DNA of 64,000 nucleotides, taken from Candidatus Latescibacterota bacterium. Its GTDB lineage: Bacteria > Latescibacterota > UBA2968. Shown piece by piece: positions 48,040 to 57,259 of this stretch. A program made the translations under genes and the position numbers. The stretch's first letter is position 1; the number at the start of each line of letters is the position of its first letter. The DNA is taken from assembly GCA_965222605.1 (NCBI GenBank), contig OZ244960.1:608001-672000 (forward strand), in the 5' to 3' direction. The notes under the pieces are model-generated. The model worked only from the letters and a program-made list of their open reading frames with translations, ran no database searches and was not told the DNA's origin.

Positions 48040-51000
48040 TCAAAACTGAATTTCCAGACCGATTTCCACTTTGCGCGGATTGTACCTGTAGCGCGTGGAT
48101 TCTCTTGGGTCGCCATAAAGCAAATACCCGGTATCATCTGGCGGGGGTAGCCGCAGCCCGTACTGCACATAAGTAAAATCCGAATTTCGGATCTCGGAGC
48201 TCTTTTCATTGAACAAATTGCTCACTTCCAAAAATAGCGTGGGACGCAATTTGCCAATAGCTCGAAAATCTTTGGCCGCGTACAGATCCGTCTTCATCGT
48301 CGATGCTCCTGTGCGAAATTCGCGCGGGCCAATCGGGGGGACATACTCAAACGGCTGGCCGCTGAAAATGCGGTAGATCATGCTCACGCGCAGACCCCCA
48401 AATGGATTGATCGCGCCCATTTTGGGACCATAAGCCATCGGCGTGGCATAATACAACTGAAGCGACAACTGATTCCTGCGCTGCCCGCTGATAGGCTCTG
48501 CCGAAAAGACATTTCCGTTTGCGGCTGTCCAGATACCGTTGTCATTGGTTTTGATGGGTGGCTGCCAGACCCCTGCACCAGGGCCTTGTGACCCGGCCTG
48601 CCCGATCCACGCCACGATATTTGCCTCGGCTCTGGCACTGATGTCGGCCACTTGCTCAGACGTGAGCGGCACGGGTCTTTCCGAACCGTCGGATTGCACT
48701 TCCCAATCAGTCCAGTAGTGCCCAGCCGCAATAAAATCGGCATTGGGAAGCACATACCAGTTTGACGAATGTTTTCCGTAGTGAACGCCGCCCGGATCGC
48801 GCACCCATTCGGCATTGTAGGACAAATGGAACTGGAAATTGTTGCTAAACGTCTTTTTCAGCGACAGTTCGATCCCGCGCGCTGTTTGCCATCGGGTATT
48901 GCGTATTGCGTTGACCTGTGCGGACTGGCCTTTGAGCGGATCTACCCAATAGGAAATATTGTTTCTGGCGTACAACCCCTCGTCGCGCCGATAGTGTGCC
49001 GTAATACTGGCCGTATAATCAGCTACAAAGTTCCAGTCCACCCCCATTTCCATACTCGTCGTGCGCTGGGGGTTCATGCCTTCGGACGGCTGCCGCGCCG
49101 TGGTATGCACTTCCATAGCATTCCACTTTTCGGTCTCGTCAATTACGCCATTGCCGTTGAGGTCATTGTCTGGCGCCTCGCTTGAAAACTGTCTGCGATG
49201 GGTTTCGAGGAGCACGGGAAAGACGTTCGCTCGACCAATGAAATAGTGCGCTGCCAACTGGTCTGTAATCGGATGCGACAGGCCCAAGCGCGGACTCAGC
49301 GCCGTCATCGTTGGCGTCGAACTATCGAGATGGTCCATTTCATACCGCGCCCGCGTAAACGTGCTGTACATCGGCGATTTGCCCAGCGCCTCTCCCATTG
49401 AGCCGTTGCGCCCAAAATTGTAATAATCCCAGCGTAAGCCCAGATTGGCAATCAGGCCGCCGTACTCGATCTTGTCCTGCACATACAGGTTCAGCGTCCA
49501 GGGTTTCACATTTTCGCCCAGGTTAAACCCATCGGCCACAAATTCGAGAAAGCGGCTCTTGGTATTGTCAAAATCTTCTCGCGTGCGGTGATAGGCCCGC
49601 TGCGTGAGCACCAACCCCGTCTGAATCAAGTGCGACCGATTGACCTGACTCACGAAATCGTATTTGATGCCGTATTTCGTATCTTCCTCTTCGGTATATT
49701 CGCGCACCAGCGTGGGCAAATTGAAAAAACCCGCCTTATCTTTGCGCACTGCTTCGGTGGCAGCCGGCACATCGAACGCATCGCGATCGTATTTGTTGTA
49801 GAAAAATTTCAGATCGTAATACGTGTTTTTGCCCAATGTATGTGTCAACGTCAACACCTCGAGCTGCCGCGACAATGTGTAAGTACCCGAAGCTGAAAAA
49901 TCCTCGAGGAAGAAAATATTTTGCGTATTGTTGCGCGTTGATCCCTGAAACTGATCCGACCTTTGATACATGCCCAGTGCCTTAATCTTGATATTTGCGC
50001 TGGGGCGATACGTCAACGTGGCCTGCATGCGCGGCGGATTATCCGATATCTGCTCAACTGCGGGAAACCTGGCCGGGTCGCGGGAATAACTCACGCTGGC
50101 AAAATACGAAAAATCGCGTGTGAGCGGCCCGCCCAGCGTGCCTTCTAAGCGGTGCCCACGCTTGTCCGTATATTCGACGCGTTCGTGCGCCATACGCTCG
50201 ACATCGTCAGACGTTCCCAGCGTGCGATCAGGTCCTGGATCCATATATGTTTCGTTCACCCAATCGGGATTGTTCCACTGCACATTGTCTTCAAATCCAG
50301 GGCTTTCATGCACATCTCTGCCCCAGTGTTTTTTGCCCGCTGGTGTGAACTTATACTCCACCCGACCAGAGAAATTGCCCCGGCCTTCTTTTGTCACCAG
50401 GCTCACAATGCCCGCACCCGCATTGCCAAATTCCGCATTCATACCACCGGTTAGCACACTCAGTTCCTGAATGGCCGTAGTGTTCACGCCTGTGAGCAGA
50501 CTCCGATCGACCTCAATCCCATCGATATAATAGCCCACCTGCGTCCCCGCTTGCACCTGCGTTGTGCTTCCGCGAATGCGATTGCTACCATCCAGTGCCA
50601 TACCCGGTTGCAATGCGATCAATTGCGATGTCGATCTCACCTGCGGCACGGCCTGAATATCTGCCGAAGAAACCACGTATTTGCTCGTGGTTTTGTCTGG
50701 CTCAACAGGTGGCCGCTCCGCAATAACAATCAGTTCGGCCAATTCGAGACTGGATTCTTTCAGTGCAAAATTCACTGTGGATGTATAATCCACAATCACC
50801 TGCACTTCTTCTTTCTTTTCTGTGCCATAGCCCACTATCGTCGCCGTCAGGGTGTACATTCCGGGATCCACGGCCAGAATTAAATAGCGACCCTCTGTAT
50901 CGGTGGTGGCTCCTTTGCGGGTACCTTCAAGCACCACATTCGCGCCCGGCAAAGACTCACCCGTGGCGGCATCTGTGATGACACCCGTGATCTTTCCCGC

Positions 51001-51066
51001 TGTTGCTGCCATTGCCGACGTATCCATCAGCAAGAACAAAATAAATCCCAATATTAACCGCTTCAT
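48040..51066 (-). CDS. TonB-dependent receptor
   Basis: GKITGVI..LPGANV; TGGMNAEFGNA; YVQDKIEY..NLGLRWD; SPRLGLSHPIT; terminal F. Confidence 0.9.
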   Translation of the reverse strand: MKRLILGFILFLLMDTSAMAATAGKITGVITDAATGESLPGANVVLEGTRKGATTDTEGRYLILAVDPGMYTLTATIVGYGTEKKEEVQVIVDYTSTVNFALKESSLELAELIVIAERPPVEPDKTTSKYVVSSADIQAVPQVRSTSQLIALQPGMALDGSNRIRGSTTQVQAGTQVGYYIDGIEVDRSLLTGVNTTAIQELSVLTGGMNAEFGNAGAGIVSLVTKEGRGNFSGRVEYKFTPAGKKHWGRDVHESPGFEDNVQWNNPDWVNETYMDPGPDRTLGTSDDVERMAHERVEYTDKRGHRLEGTLGGPLTRDFSYFASVSYSRDPARFPAVEQISDNPPRMQATLTYRPSANIKIKALGMYQRSDQFQGSTRNNTQNIFFLEDFSASGTYTLSRQLEVLTLTHTLGKNTYYDLKFFYNKYDRDAFDVPAATEAVRKDKAGFFNLPTLVREYTEEEDTKYGIKYDFVSQVNRSHLIQTGLVLTQRAYHRTREDFDNTKSRFLEFVADGFNLGENVKPWTLNLYVQDKIEYGGLIANLGLRWDYYNFGRNGSMGEALGKSPMYSTFTRARYEMDHLDSSTPTMTALSPRLGLSHPITDQLAAHYFIGRANVFPVLLETHRRQFSSEAPDNDLNGNGVIDETEKWNAMEVHTTARQPSEGMNPQRTTSMEMGVDWNFVADYTASITAHYRRDEGLYARNNISYWVDPLKGQSAQVNAIRNTRWQTARGIELSLKKTFSNNFQFHLSYNAEWVRDPGGVHYGKHSSNWYVLPNADFIAAGHYWTDWEVQSDGSERPVPLTSEQVADISARAEANIVAWIGQAGSQGPGAGVWQPPIKTNDNGIWTAANGNVFSAEPISGQRRNQLSLQLYYATPMAYGPKMGAINPFGGLRVSMIYRIFSGQPFEYVPPIGPREFRTGASTMKTDLYAAKDFRAIGKLRPTLFLEVSNLFNEKSSEIRNSDFTYVQYGLRLPPPDDTGYLLYGDPRESTRYRYNPRKVEIGLEIQF

Positions 51067-51079
51067 AGACCTCCTCCTA

Positions 51080-51165
51080 TGTGAAGTGTGAAGTGTGATG
51101 AAGCACCCGCCTTCTGGGTGGTGTGGGGTGGCCTTCTCACTTCTTACTTCTCACTTCTTACTTCA
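51080..51165. repeat. Heptamer-periodic inverted repeat (long hairpin)
   Basis: (TGTGAAG)n ... (CTTCTCA/CTTCTTA)n. Confidence 0.7.
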
Positions 51166-51858
51166 TTACCAGTACAGTTTGAACGCCGTCCTGAAATCGA
51201 ACATGGCAAGTGGAAATACGCCGGGCAGATCCCACGACTCCATCGGACGCAAATCACCCAAAATCATGTGATAACGCCCGCGGATATCCAGCCCGAATCG
51301 CCCCTGCACCACCGTCATGCCCAACCCCAAATTTGCCCCCAGAGCTGTATGTTCATCCTCTCGGTCATCCAGCATCAGATCCTGATTCAAAGGCTCCTCT
51401 TTTTGTCCCGGATAAATCAGACCAGTGATCCTATCCTGATAATCGTAGAACCCCGCACCCACAGCGATATAGGGCAAAAGCTGCAAATCGCCACCGGACT
51501 TTCGGGGATTGAGATACGCCAGAGCATTGATCAAAAAGCTATTGAGGTTAAACCGAGAGTTGGCATCTGGACTCAAATATTTTTGTTTGTCAATGGGCCA
51601 CGTAAACGCCAGAGCTTCGATTTTTCCGTCATCCATTGTCATATGGTGGTATTCAAACTCCATCGTGGCGCGCGAACTGACCTGATAATCGAGCACCGCA
51701 CCATATACCTGAGAAGCCGAATACCGGTCGTGAAACCCCAGCACGGGCACGCTGCGGTTAAAAAACACGCCAGCACCGTACCGGGTCTCCTGGGCAGAGA
51801 CCGGCACCGCGATAAACAATGCCAGCAGCCACACCTTCAACATCAAATATCTATTCAT
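51166..51858 (-). CDS. Small outer-membrane beta-barrel protein
   Basis: Signal peptide; MEFEYH, GFYDY..GLIYPGQK shared with 12076-12792; terminal W. Confidence 0.75.
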   Translation of the reverse strand: MNRYLMLKVWLLALFIAVPVSAQETRYGAGVFFNRSVPVLGFHDRYSASQVYGAVLDYQVSSRATMEFEYHHMTMDDGKIEALAFTWPIDKQKYLSPDANSRFNLNSFLINALAYLNPRKSGGDLQLLPYIAVGAGFYDYQDRITGLIYPGQKEEPLNQDLMLDDREDEHTALGANLGLGMTVVQGRFGLDIRGRYHMILGDLRPMESWDLPGVFPLAMFDFRTAFKLYW

Positions 51859-52002
51859 AGATATGTCTCCTTTTAACAGTCAACGGTTGTATAACATTCT
51901 ACATCTCATGTCATATCTCCTCCTTTCCCAATAGCACAACGTATTGTCGCCATTGAAGCAATGTACAAGTTCAATCGTCAGTTTTTTCCTCCTTTCTCAA
52001 TC

Positions 52003-52031
52003 TTGACAAAACCATTTAAAATTGTTAAAGT
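52003..52031 (+). promoter_or_regulatory. Sigma70-like promoter
   Basis: TTGACA-N17-TAAAGT with TGn. Confidence 0.55.
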
Positions 52032-52037
52032 CTCTGC

Positions 52038-52132
52038 CTTTTGTCGTATGATGGGTTTCTAAATCCTTCATACGGCTACCTGGTCGTTAGCCCGATCTCG
52101 CCAAAGTTCGAAGGCTAACGGGCCTTTTTTTT
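52038..52132 (+). ncRNA. Candidate two-hairpin small RNA, copy 2
   Basis: Hairpin GTCGTATGATGGGTTT..AAATCCTTCATACGGC; hairpin CGTTAGCC..CTCGCCAAAGTT..GGCTAACG plus T8. Confidence 0.6.
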
Positions 52133-52169
52133 ATGACCACACCGACACTCCTAATGTTCCAACCCTTGC

Positions 52170-52940
52170 TCAAATCCCCAGCTTTTTGATAAACGCCAGA
52201 TTCTTTGCGTGATCGGCATTGGGGTCGTCGCCCGAAGGCGTCTCCAGAACAATATACCCATCATAACCGATCTCGCGCATCGCCGCATCTACCGAATCAA
52301 AATCCACGCGCCCATCCCCCAACGCCTGCCGGTCCGTATCCTTGGCGTGAATCATCCCCACACCATCGTGTCCCAACTTCAAAATTTCTTCAGCAGGATC
52401 CTGTCCGCGCGACATCGTATTGCCCGTATCGTGATACACCTTCACCGCGCAAGACCCCACGCGGTCTAAAATCATCACCAGTTGATCCGCGCTAAATGTC
52501 GTCTCCAGATCCAAAATCACGTCGTGTTTTTCCGCAACTTCGCCCAGTGCTTTGAACCCATCCACCAGTTGATCCCATGTCGAACTCGGCCACTCATCCA
52601 TATCTCGCGGAAACATCGGCACCAGAATATGCCGCGTATCAACCGCCGCACACGCCCCAATCACATGCGTCAAAATCTCAACGCCCTCGGCGCGCTTTTC
52701 CGCTTCTGGCAAGGCGGGATGAAATTGTGAAAATACCCCCGGCGACAGAGAAGAAATCTCAACACCCGCTGCATCTGCCAATCCCTTCAACTTCTCTGCT
52801 CCCCCATCTTCCCACAAAATATTCTCCCCATAGTCTCGCCCAACACAAAACTCCACCCCATCAAATCCAATATCTTTCGCCACCGAAAACAACGTTTCCA
52901 TCGGTGCTTTTAACATATTATCTCGAATACCGTATTTCAC
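52170..52940 (-). CDS. Sugar phosphate isomerase/epimerase (xylose isomerase-like TIM barrel)
   Basis: GFDGVE, LET, DTGN, HAKD, GDGRVDF, LET. Confidence 0.88.
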   Translation of the reverse strand: MKYGIRDNMLKAPMETLFSVAKDIGFDGVEFCVGRDYGENILWEDGGAEKLKGLADAAGVEISSLSPGVFSQFHPALPEAEKRAEGVEILTHVIGACAAVDTRHILVPMFPRDMDEWPSSTWDQLVDGFKALGEVAEKHDVILDLETTFSADQLVMILDRVGSCAVKVYHDTGNTMSRGQDPAEEILKLGHDGVGMIHAKDTDRQALGDGRVDFDSVDAAMREIGYDGYIVLETPSGDDPNADHAKNLAFIKKLGI

Positions 52941-52990
52941 AACAGATCTCCTTTATCGTGTAAATGTGCGGAAGAACCCTTGAAACGCTG

Positions 52991-54106
52991 TCAACAGAAG
53001 ATTTCGTCTCCAATATCTAATTGCGGCGACACCGCACACAACACCTTCGCAAAGGCTTGCCGCTCGGCGGATGGCCCCACGGTCACGCGAATGCAGCGGG
53101 CGAGCGGAGCCACGCCCGGCATCCGCACGAAGACCCCGTGCTGCAAAAGCATCTGCATCAGCCGCCGCGCTCGTTCGCCACTACCCACGTCGAGGGCCAC
53201 AAAATTAGTCGCCGAAGGCACCGTTTGCAGCCCAAATTCCGCCGCCAGCACCGCGTATTCCCGTCGGCCTTCCTCTACTTGCCGCACCACCGAGCGCACG
53301 AACGCATCGTCGCCCAGCGAAGCAAGTGCCCCGGCTTGGGCGATGCGATTGACGCCAAAGTGATTGCGCACCTTGTCGAGCGCGGCCACCACATCGCGGT
53401 GTGCCAGCGCGTAGCCGACCCTAGCCCCAGCCATGCCGTGCACCTTGGAAAACGTCCGCAACCGCACCACCTGTGCCCGTTCCACTTCCAGCGGCAACAG
53501 GGCATCCTCCGGCGCGAAGTCGATATATGCCTCGTCGAGCAGCAACACACAATCCGGCGGCAACACCGCGATAAAATCCCGCAACTCGTCGGCTCGCTGA
53601 TAGGTGCCCATGGGGTTGTCGGGATTGGCCACGTAGATCAGCTTGGGGCGCACTTGCCGCGCCTTGTCCAACAGGGCCGGCAAGTCCTCCCGATCCGCGC
53701 GATAGGGCACCTTGTGCAACACCGCCCCGTGCCCCTCGACGTGGTAGTTAAACGTGGGATAGGCCCCCAGCGACGTCACCACCGCGTCGCCCGGCTCGGC
53801 AAAAAGGCGCACCAAAAGCCCCAACAGCTCGTCAATCCCCGCACCCAAGACGACCTCTTCCCGCGCCACCCCGTGCCGCACCGCCAACGCCGAGCGCAGC
53901 TCGTATCCCTCTGGATCGTTGTACCAATGCACTTGCTCCACCGCCTCTACCATGGCCTGCCGCGCCCGTGGCGAGATACCAAAATTGCTCTCGTTAGCCC
54001 CAACTCGCAGGGCGAGCGGCTGCCCTTGCTCCCGCTCCAATGCCTCGGGCGGCACAAAGGGAACGGTCGCTGGCAGGGCGCGGACGATGTGCGTAAACGG
54101 CAACAC
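52991..54106 (-). CDS. PLP-dependent aminotransferase, histidinol-phosphate aminotransferase-like
   Basis: ANES, NPDNPMG, DEAY, RTFSKVHGMAGARVGY. Confidence 0.9.
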   Translation of the reverse strand: MLPFTHIVRALPATVPFVPPEALEREQGQPLALRVGANESNFGISPRARQAMVEAVEQVHWYNDPEGYELRSALAVRHGVAREEVVLGAGIDELLGLLVRLFAEPGDAVVTSLGAYPTFNYHVEGHGAVLHKVPYRADREDLPALLDKARQVRPKLIYVANPDNPMGTYQRADELRDFIAVLPPDCVLLLDEAYIDFAPEDALLPLEVERAQVVRLRTFSKVHGMAGARVGYALAHRDVVAALDKVRNHFGVNRIAQAGALASLGDDAFVRSVVRQVEEGRREYAVLAAEFGLQTVPSATNFVALDVGSGERARRLMQMLLQHGVFVRMPGVAPLARCIRVTVGPSAERQAFAKVLCAVSPQLDIGDEIFC

Positions 54107-54109
54107 GGG

Positions 54110-54928
54110 TTAAGACCACACGTAGATTTCGTCGTCGTCTTCGGCATAACCAATGAAGACGGCGAGCACCACCCGCGGATCGTCCCCCTGCACCGCAGGG
54201 ACCTCGTGGATGCAGCGCGTATTGAAGAAATACAAATCGCCCGGCTCGAGCGCGACCTCGCAGTGCGCCACGCCATGCGCGGCCGCATATTCGTGAAAAC
54301 GGCCCTCGGCGATATACGGCTGTATCTCCTCGGTCCACAGACAGCGATGCAACACAGCCTGCACCCCAGGCCCTGCGGAATCCGCGTTCTGCACGCACAG
54401 CACACCGGCAAATTGGTGGGTAAAGCGCGCCACCTCGTAGTTGAACCGCTTTTCGCGCAGAACGACGTGGTCGATGTGCGGACTATAGGCGTGGGTCTCG
54501 TAGTGGATGCGAAAGATGGCCGGGCCGTACAAGCGCCCGTCGCGCTCGCGCGCCGTCTTAACCTCCTTATTGGAAGCCAACGCCTGCAAGTGCCGATAGA
54601 GCAGTTGCATCGGGTCGAGCAAACCCGCAAAAAGGGTAGCAAAAAGCGCGTGCGTCTCCTCCGCATCTGCTAAGAACGCCTCTTGGTCGCCGCCCAAATT
54701 GCCGAGGCTGGTGCCAATGTCGATGCGCGTGCGCTCGTCGCCCGCAGCGCGCAGCAACCCGCGCTCGGCAAAGCGTTCCATCAGCCGCTGGCAATCGGCT
54801 GGCGTACAGACCTGGGGCAACAGAATCGCCGGTATCTCCGCCCGAGCCAAGGCGCCGAGCGGATCGGCGCACTCGTCCGGCCCCACAGGCCGCCAAGCGG
54901 CTCTTGTGTGACCCTGTGGATACTTCAA
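54110..54928 (-). CDS. 2OG-Fe(II) oxygenase-like protein
   Basis: PHID, PGDLYFFNTRCIHEV..R; start uncertain (TTG 54928 or ATG 54973). Confidence 0.7.
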   Translation of the reverse strand: MKYPQGHTRAAWRPVGPDECADPLGALARAEIPAILLPQVCTPADCQRLMERFAERGLLRAAGDERTRIDIGTSLGNLGGDQEAFLADAEETHALFATLFAGLLDPMQLLYRHLQALASNKEVKTARERDGRLYGPAIFRIHYETHAYSPHIDHVVLREKRFNYEVARFTHQFAGVLCVQNADSAGPGVQAVLHRCLWTEEIQPYIAEGRFHEYAAAHGVAHCEVALEPGDLYFFNTRCIHEVPAVQGDDPRVVLAVFIGYAEDDDEIYVWS

Positions 54929-54960
54929 TGCGGATCCTTCCTTTTGCACGTTGACAAGAA

Positions 54961-55140
54961 TCACATCCCCCATACCACAACCGCCCCCCTTCGGTTGCCT
55001 CGCGGCGATACACCTTGTCGTCCCACGACGCGTCCTCACTGCGGTCAAAGAGTACCAAGTGCCCTTCTGCCACCGTGCAGCGGTCCAGGTAGGCGCGTGT
55101 CTGCGCCAGTCCTTCGCGCAGCGTCCGCTTAGCCTTTGCA
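54961..55140 (-). pseudogene. C-terminal remnant of an ATP-binding / PD-(D/E)XK-like protein
   Basis: EGLAQTRAYLDRCTVAEGHLVLFDRSEDASWDDKVYRRE, then frameshifted VVVWGM*. Confidence 0.6.
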
Positions 55141-55146
55141 GATGCC

Positions 55147-56520
55147 CTACGCCCAATTCTTCGGCCAGTCAAAATGCGCGTTGATATCTTCCACGTATTT
55201 CATCGGCTCATTGGGTTCAATATTAAACAGCGCGTCCAGCGTCTCCAACCCGTGCTGGTATGATTTTGTCTCTTTGCTTTCGAGCACGCCAAACAGCATC
55301 ATTGATTTATCCCCCGACAAAACCGCTTCGAGCGTGCGCTCCATATTGAGCCAATCGGGATAAATGCATTCCAGCATAATCTTCTTCGGCAACGGCGGCA
55401 CGCGCAAAGGCTGAATACCCTTCTTATTTACAATTGCGGGAACTTCCACCGCCACATCGTCGGGAATGCCCGGCAGCGCACCGCAATTGGGCATATTCAC
55501 CTGAAACTGACCTTCTATATTGTTGACCAGCCCATTCATAATCGGAATATGCTGCTCGTGTGTCATCTGATCGCCAAACAAATCAACCGGCCGAATTTTC
55601 TCATCATAAGCCGCCGCCTTCATCTGCTCGTATTTTTTTGCCTTGCCCGCCAGCACCGCATCGCGTCCGGCTGGCGTGTCTTTACCCCCATTGGGATCGT
55701 ACCAGTACTTCCGCGCATCCAAATCCGTGTGATACCACCAACCGCCCCGCCGAGGCGCATCGCCAATAGGCATCAAGCCATACATCTTGTATTGATGAAT
55801 CGCCGCGCGCGACATCTGCGTGGGAATAGCCTTGCCCCCTCGGGTCAACCGCTCCCAATACGCCTCGCTCTCCTCGGCAATCCACCGATCCAACTCTGGA
55901 TACATATCTTCGTTTTCATAGATAAAATCCGTCAGCCAAATATTGTGATTCAACCCCGGAGCCTGCCACGTTACCTCATCCGGATCCAACCCCAATGTAC
56001 TCGCCACCCCCGCATAGCCATAGTGCCCGTGACACAACCCGCACACCTTGATCCCCGTCTCCCGCGTCATCAATGTCGTTCCGGCAAATACCGGATTGCC
56101 CGCCAGCAAAATCCACGCATCGGGACACAGCTTCTCCATATCCCTCGCCACATCCAGCATCAGTTGCAAATTGTGATACTCAGGCATCCCGGTTTTATCG
56201 TAAAAATAACCGCGCTTCGCCGTCATCTTGCGCCGGCGCTGCATAAAATACTCATTGTGTGTCACCGTTGCCGTATTGATCACAAAATCGGCATCTTTTA
56301 ATGCGGCCTCCCTGCTCGTCGTTTTCTCAAACGTCATATTCGCGCTCAAATCCTCGGCATACCGCCGCCCGAGTTCGTAAATCGCATCGAGCACTTCCTC
56401 ATTGATATCCATAAAACAAACGTGGCTGCCATTCAACGCCTTTGTCAGACACAAATCCTTCACCAGACCGAGCGAAAATACCACGCTACCCGCACCAAAA
56501 ATCGTCACCTTATTTGCCAT
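55147..56520 (-). CDS. Family 4 glycoside hydrolase (alpha-glucosidase/galactosidase-like)
   Basis: GAGSVVF, DADFVIN, NPV, GLCHGH, GLNH. Confidence 0.92.
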   Translation of the reverse strand: MANKVTIFGAGSVVFSLGLVKDLCLTKALNGSHVCFMDINEEVLDAIYELGRRYAEDLSANMTFEKTTSREAALKDADFVINTATVTHNEYFMQRRRKMTAKRGYFYDKTGMPEYHNLQLMLDVARDMEKLCPDAWILLAGNPVFAGTTLMTRETGIKVCGLCHGHYGYAGVASTLGLDPDEVTWQAPGLNHNIWLTDFIYENEDMYPELDRWIAEESEAYWERLTRGGKAIPTQMSRAAIHQYKMYGLMPIGDAPRRGGWWYHTDLDARKYWYDPNGGKDTPAGRDAVLAGKAKKYEQMKAAAYDEKIRPVDLFGDQMTHEQHIPIMNGLVNNIEGQFQVNMPNCGALPGIPDDVAVEVPAIVNKKGIQPLRVPPLPKKIMLECIYPDWLNMERTLEAVLSGDKSMMLFGVLESKETKSYQHGLETLDALFNIEPNEPMKYVEDINAHFDWPKNWA

Positions 56521-56709
56521 TGCACACTCCTTAAAAAATTAGAAAGATCAAAACGACTCAAGCAATTTACGACATAGCATCTTAACCCGCCAGTCATTCA
56601 GAAACAGGTGTCATCCTGAAAAAATAGCACAAAGACCTTGACGTGGGATTATATTATATGTATAAATATATGTATCAAAATATGCCAACTAATGTGAAAC
56701 TGTGTGAAC

Positions 56710-56985
56710 ATGAACTTTGAGTGGGATTCTCAAAAAGACCTTATCAACCAGTCCAAACACCATGTCTCATTTTCTGAAGCTCAGCTTGCGTTTATGGATT
56801 CTCATCGCATTATTGCCGTTGACCATAAACACAGCACATCTGAAGAAACGCGATATTTTTGTTTTGGAAAGGTTGGAGAGCGCGTATTGACAGTCCGTTT
56901 TACTTATCGGGCAGACAAAATTCGCATATTTGGTGCCGGTTATTGGCGCGAAGGAAGGGAGCGTTATGAGCAAGAAAAAATATGA
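56710..56985 (+). CDS. BrnT family toxin
   Basis: FEWDSQK..N..KHHVSF, IRIFGA. Confidence 0.88.
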   Translation: MNFEWDSQKDLINQSKHHVSFSEAQLAFMDSHRIIAVDHKHSTSEETRYFCFGKVGERVLTVRFTYRADKIRIFGAGYWREGRERYEQEKI

Positions 56986-57211
56986 GAAAGCACCTTCTGG
57001 TATTGCGGAAGCAATCGAACAGGCAGAAGTGATTTCAGATTTTCTGCCGCCACCCGATCAACTCGTCCTGAAAGAAGAGACCGTGCGGATCACGCTAAAC
57101 CTCAACAAAAAGAGTGTCGATTTCTTCAAGCTAAGAGCTAGAGAAAATGGTATTCCCTATCAGCGTATGATCCGCAAAGTGCTCGATATTTACGCCGAGC
57201 GATTCTTATAA
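56966..57211 (+). CDS. BrnA/CopG-like antitoxin
   Basis: ITLNL..VDFFK..GIPYQRMIR; overlaps the toxin gene. Confidence 0.85.
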   Translation: MSKKKYEKAPSGIAEAIEQAEVISDFLPPPDQLVLKEETVRITLNLNKKSVDFFKLRARENGIPYQRMIRKVLDIYAERFL

Positions 57212-57259
57212 ACCGCTCGAGTTGTGATCTCTCCTCACCAATGCTTTCTCTGTACAGAC

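Noticed and set aside
52991-54106. Assigning the symbol hisC
   Set aside because: No his operon context; only the family can be supported.
53021-54673. 550-aa plus-strand ORF
   Set aside because: Antisense shadow of two well-supported GC-rich minus-strand genes; no recognisable motifs.
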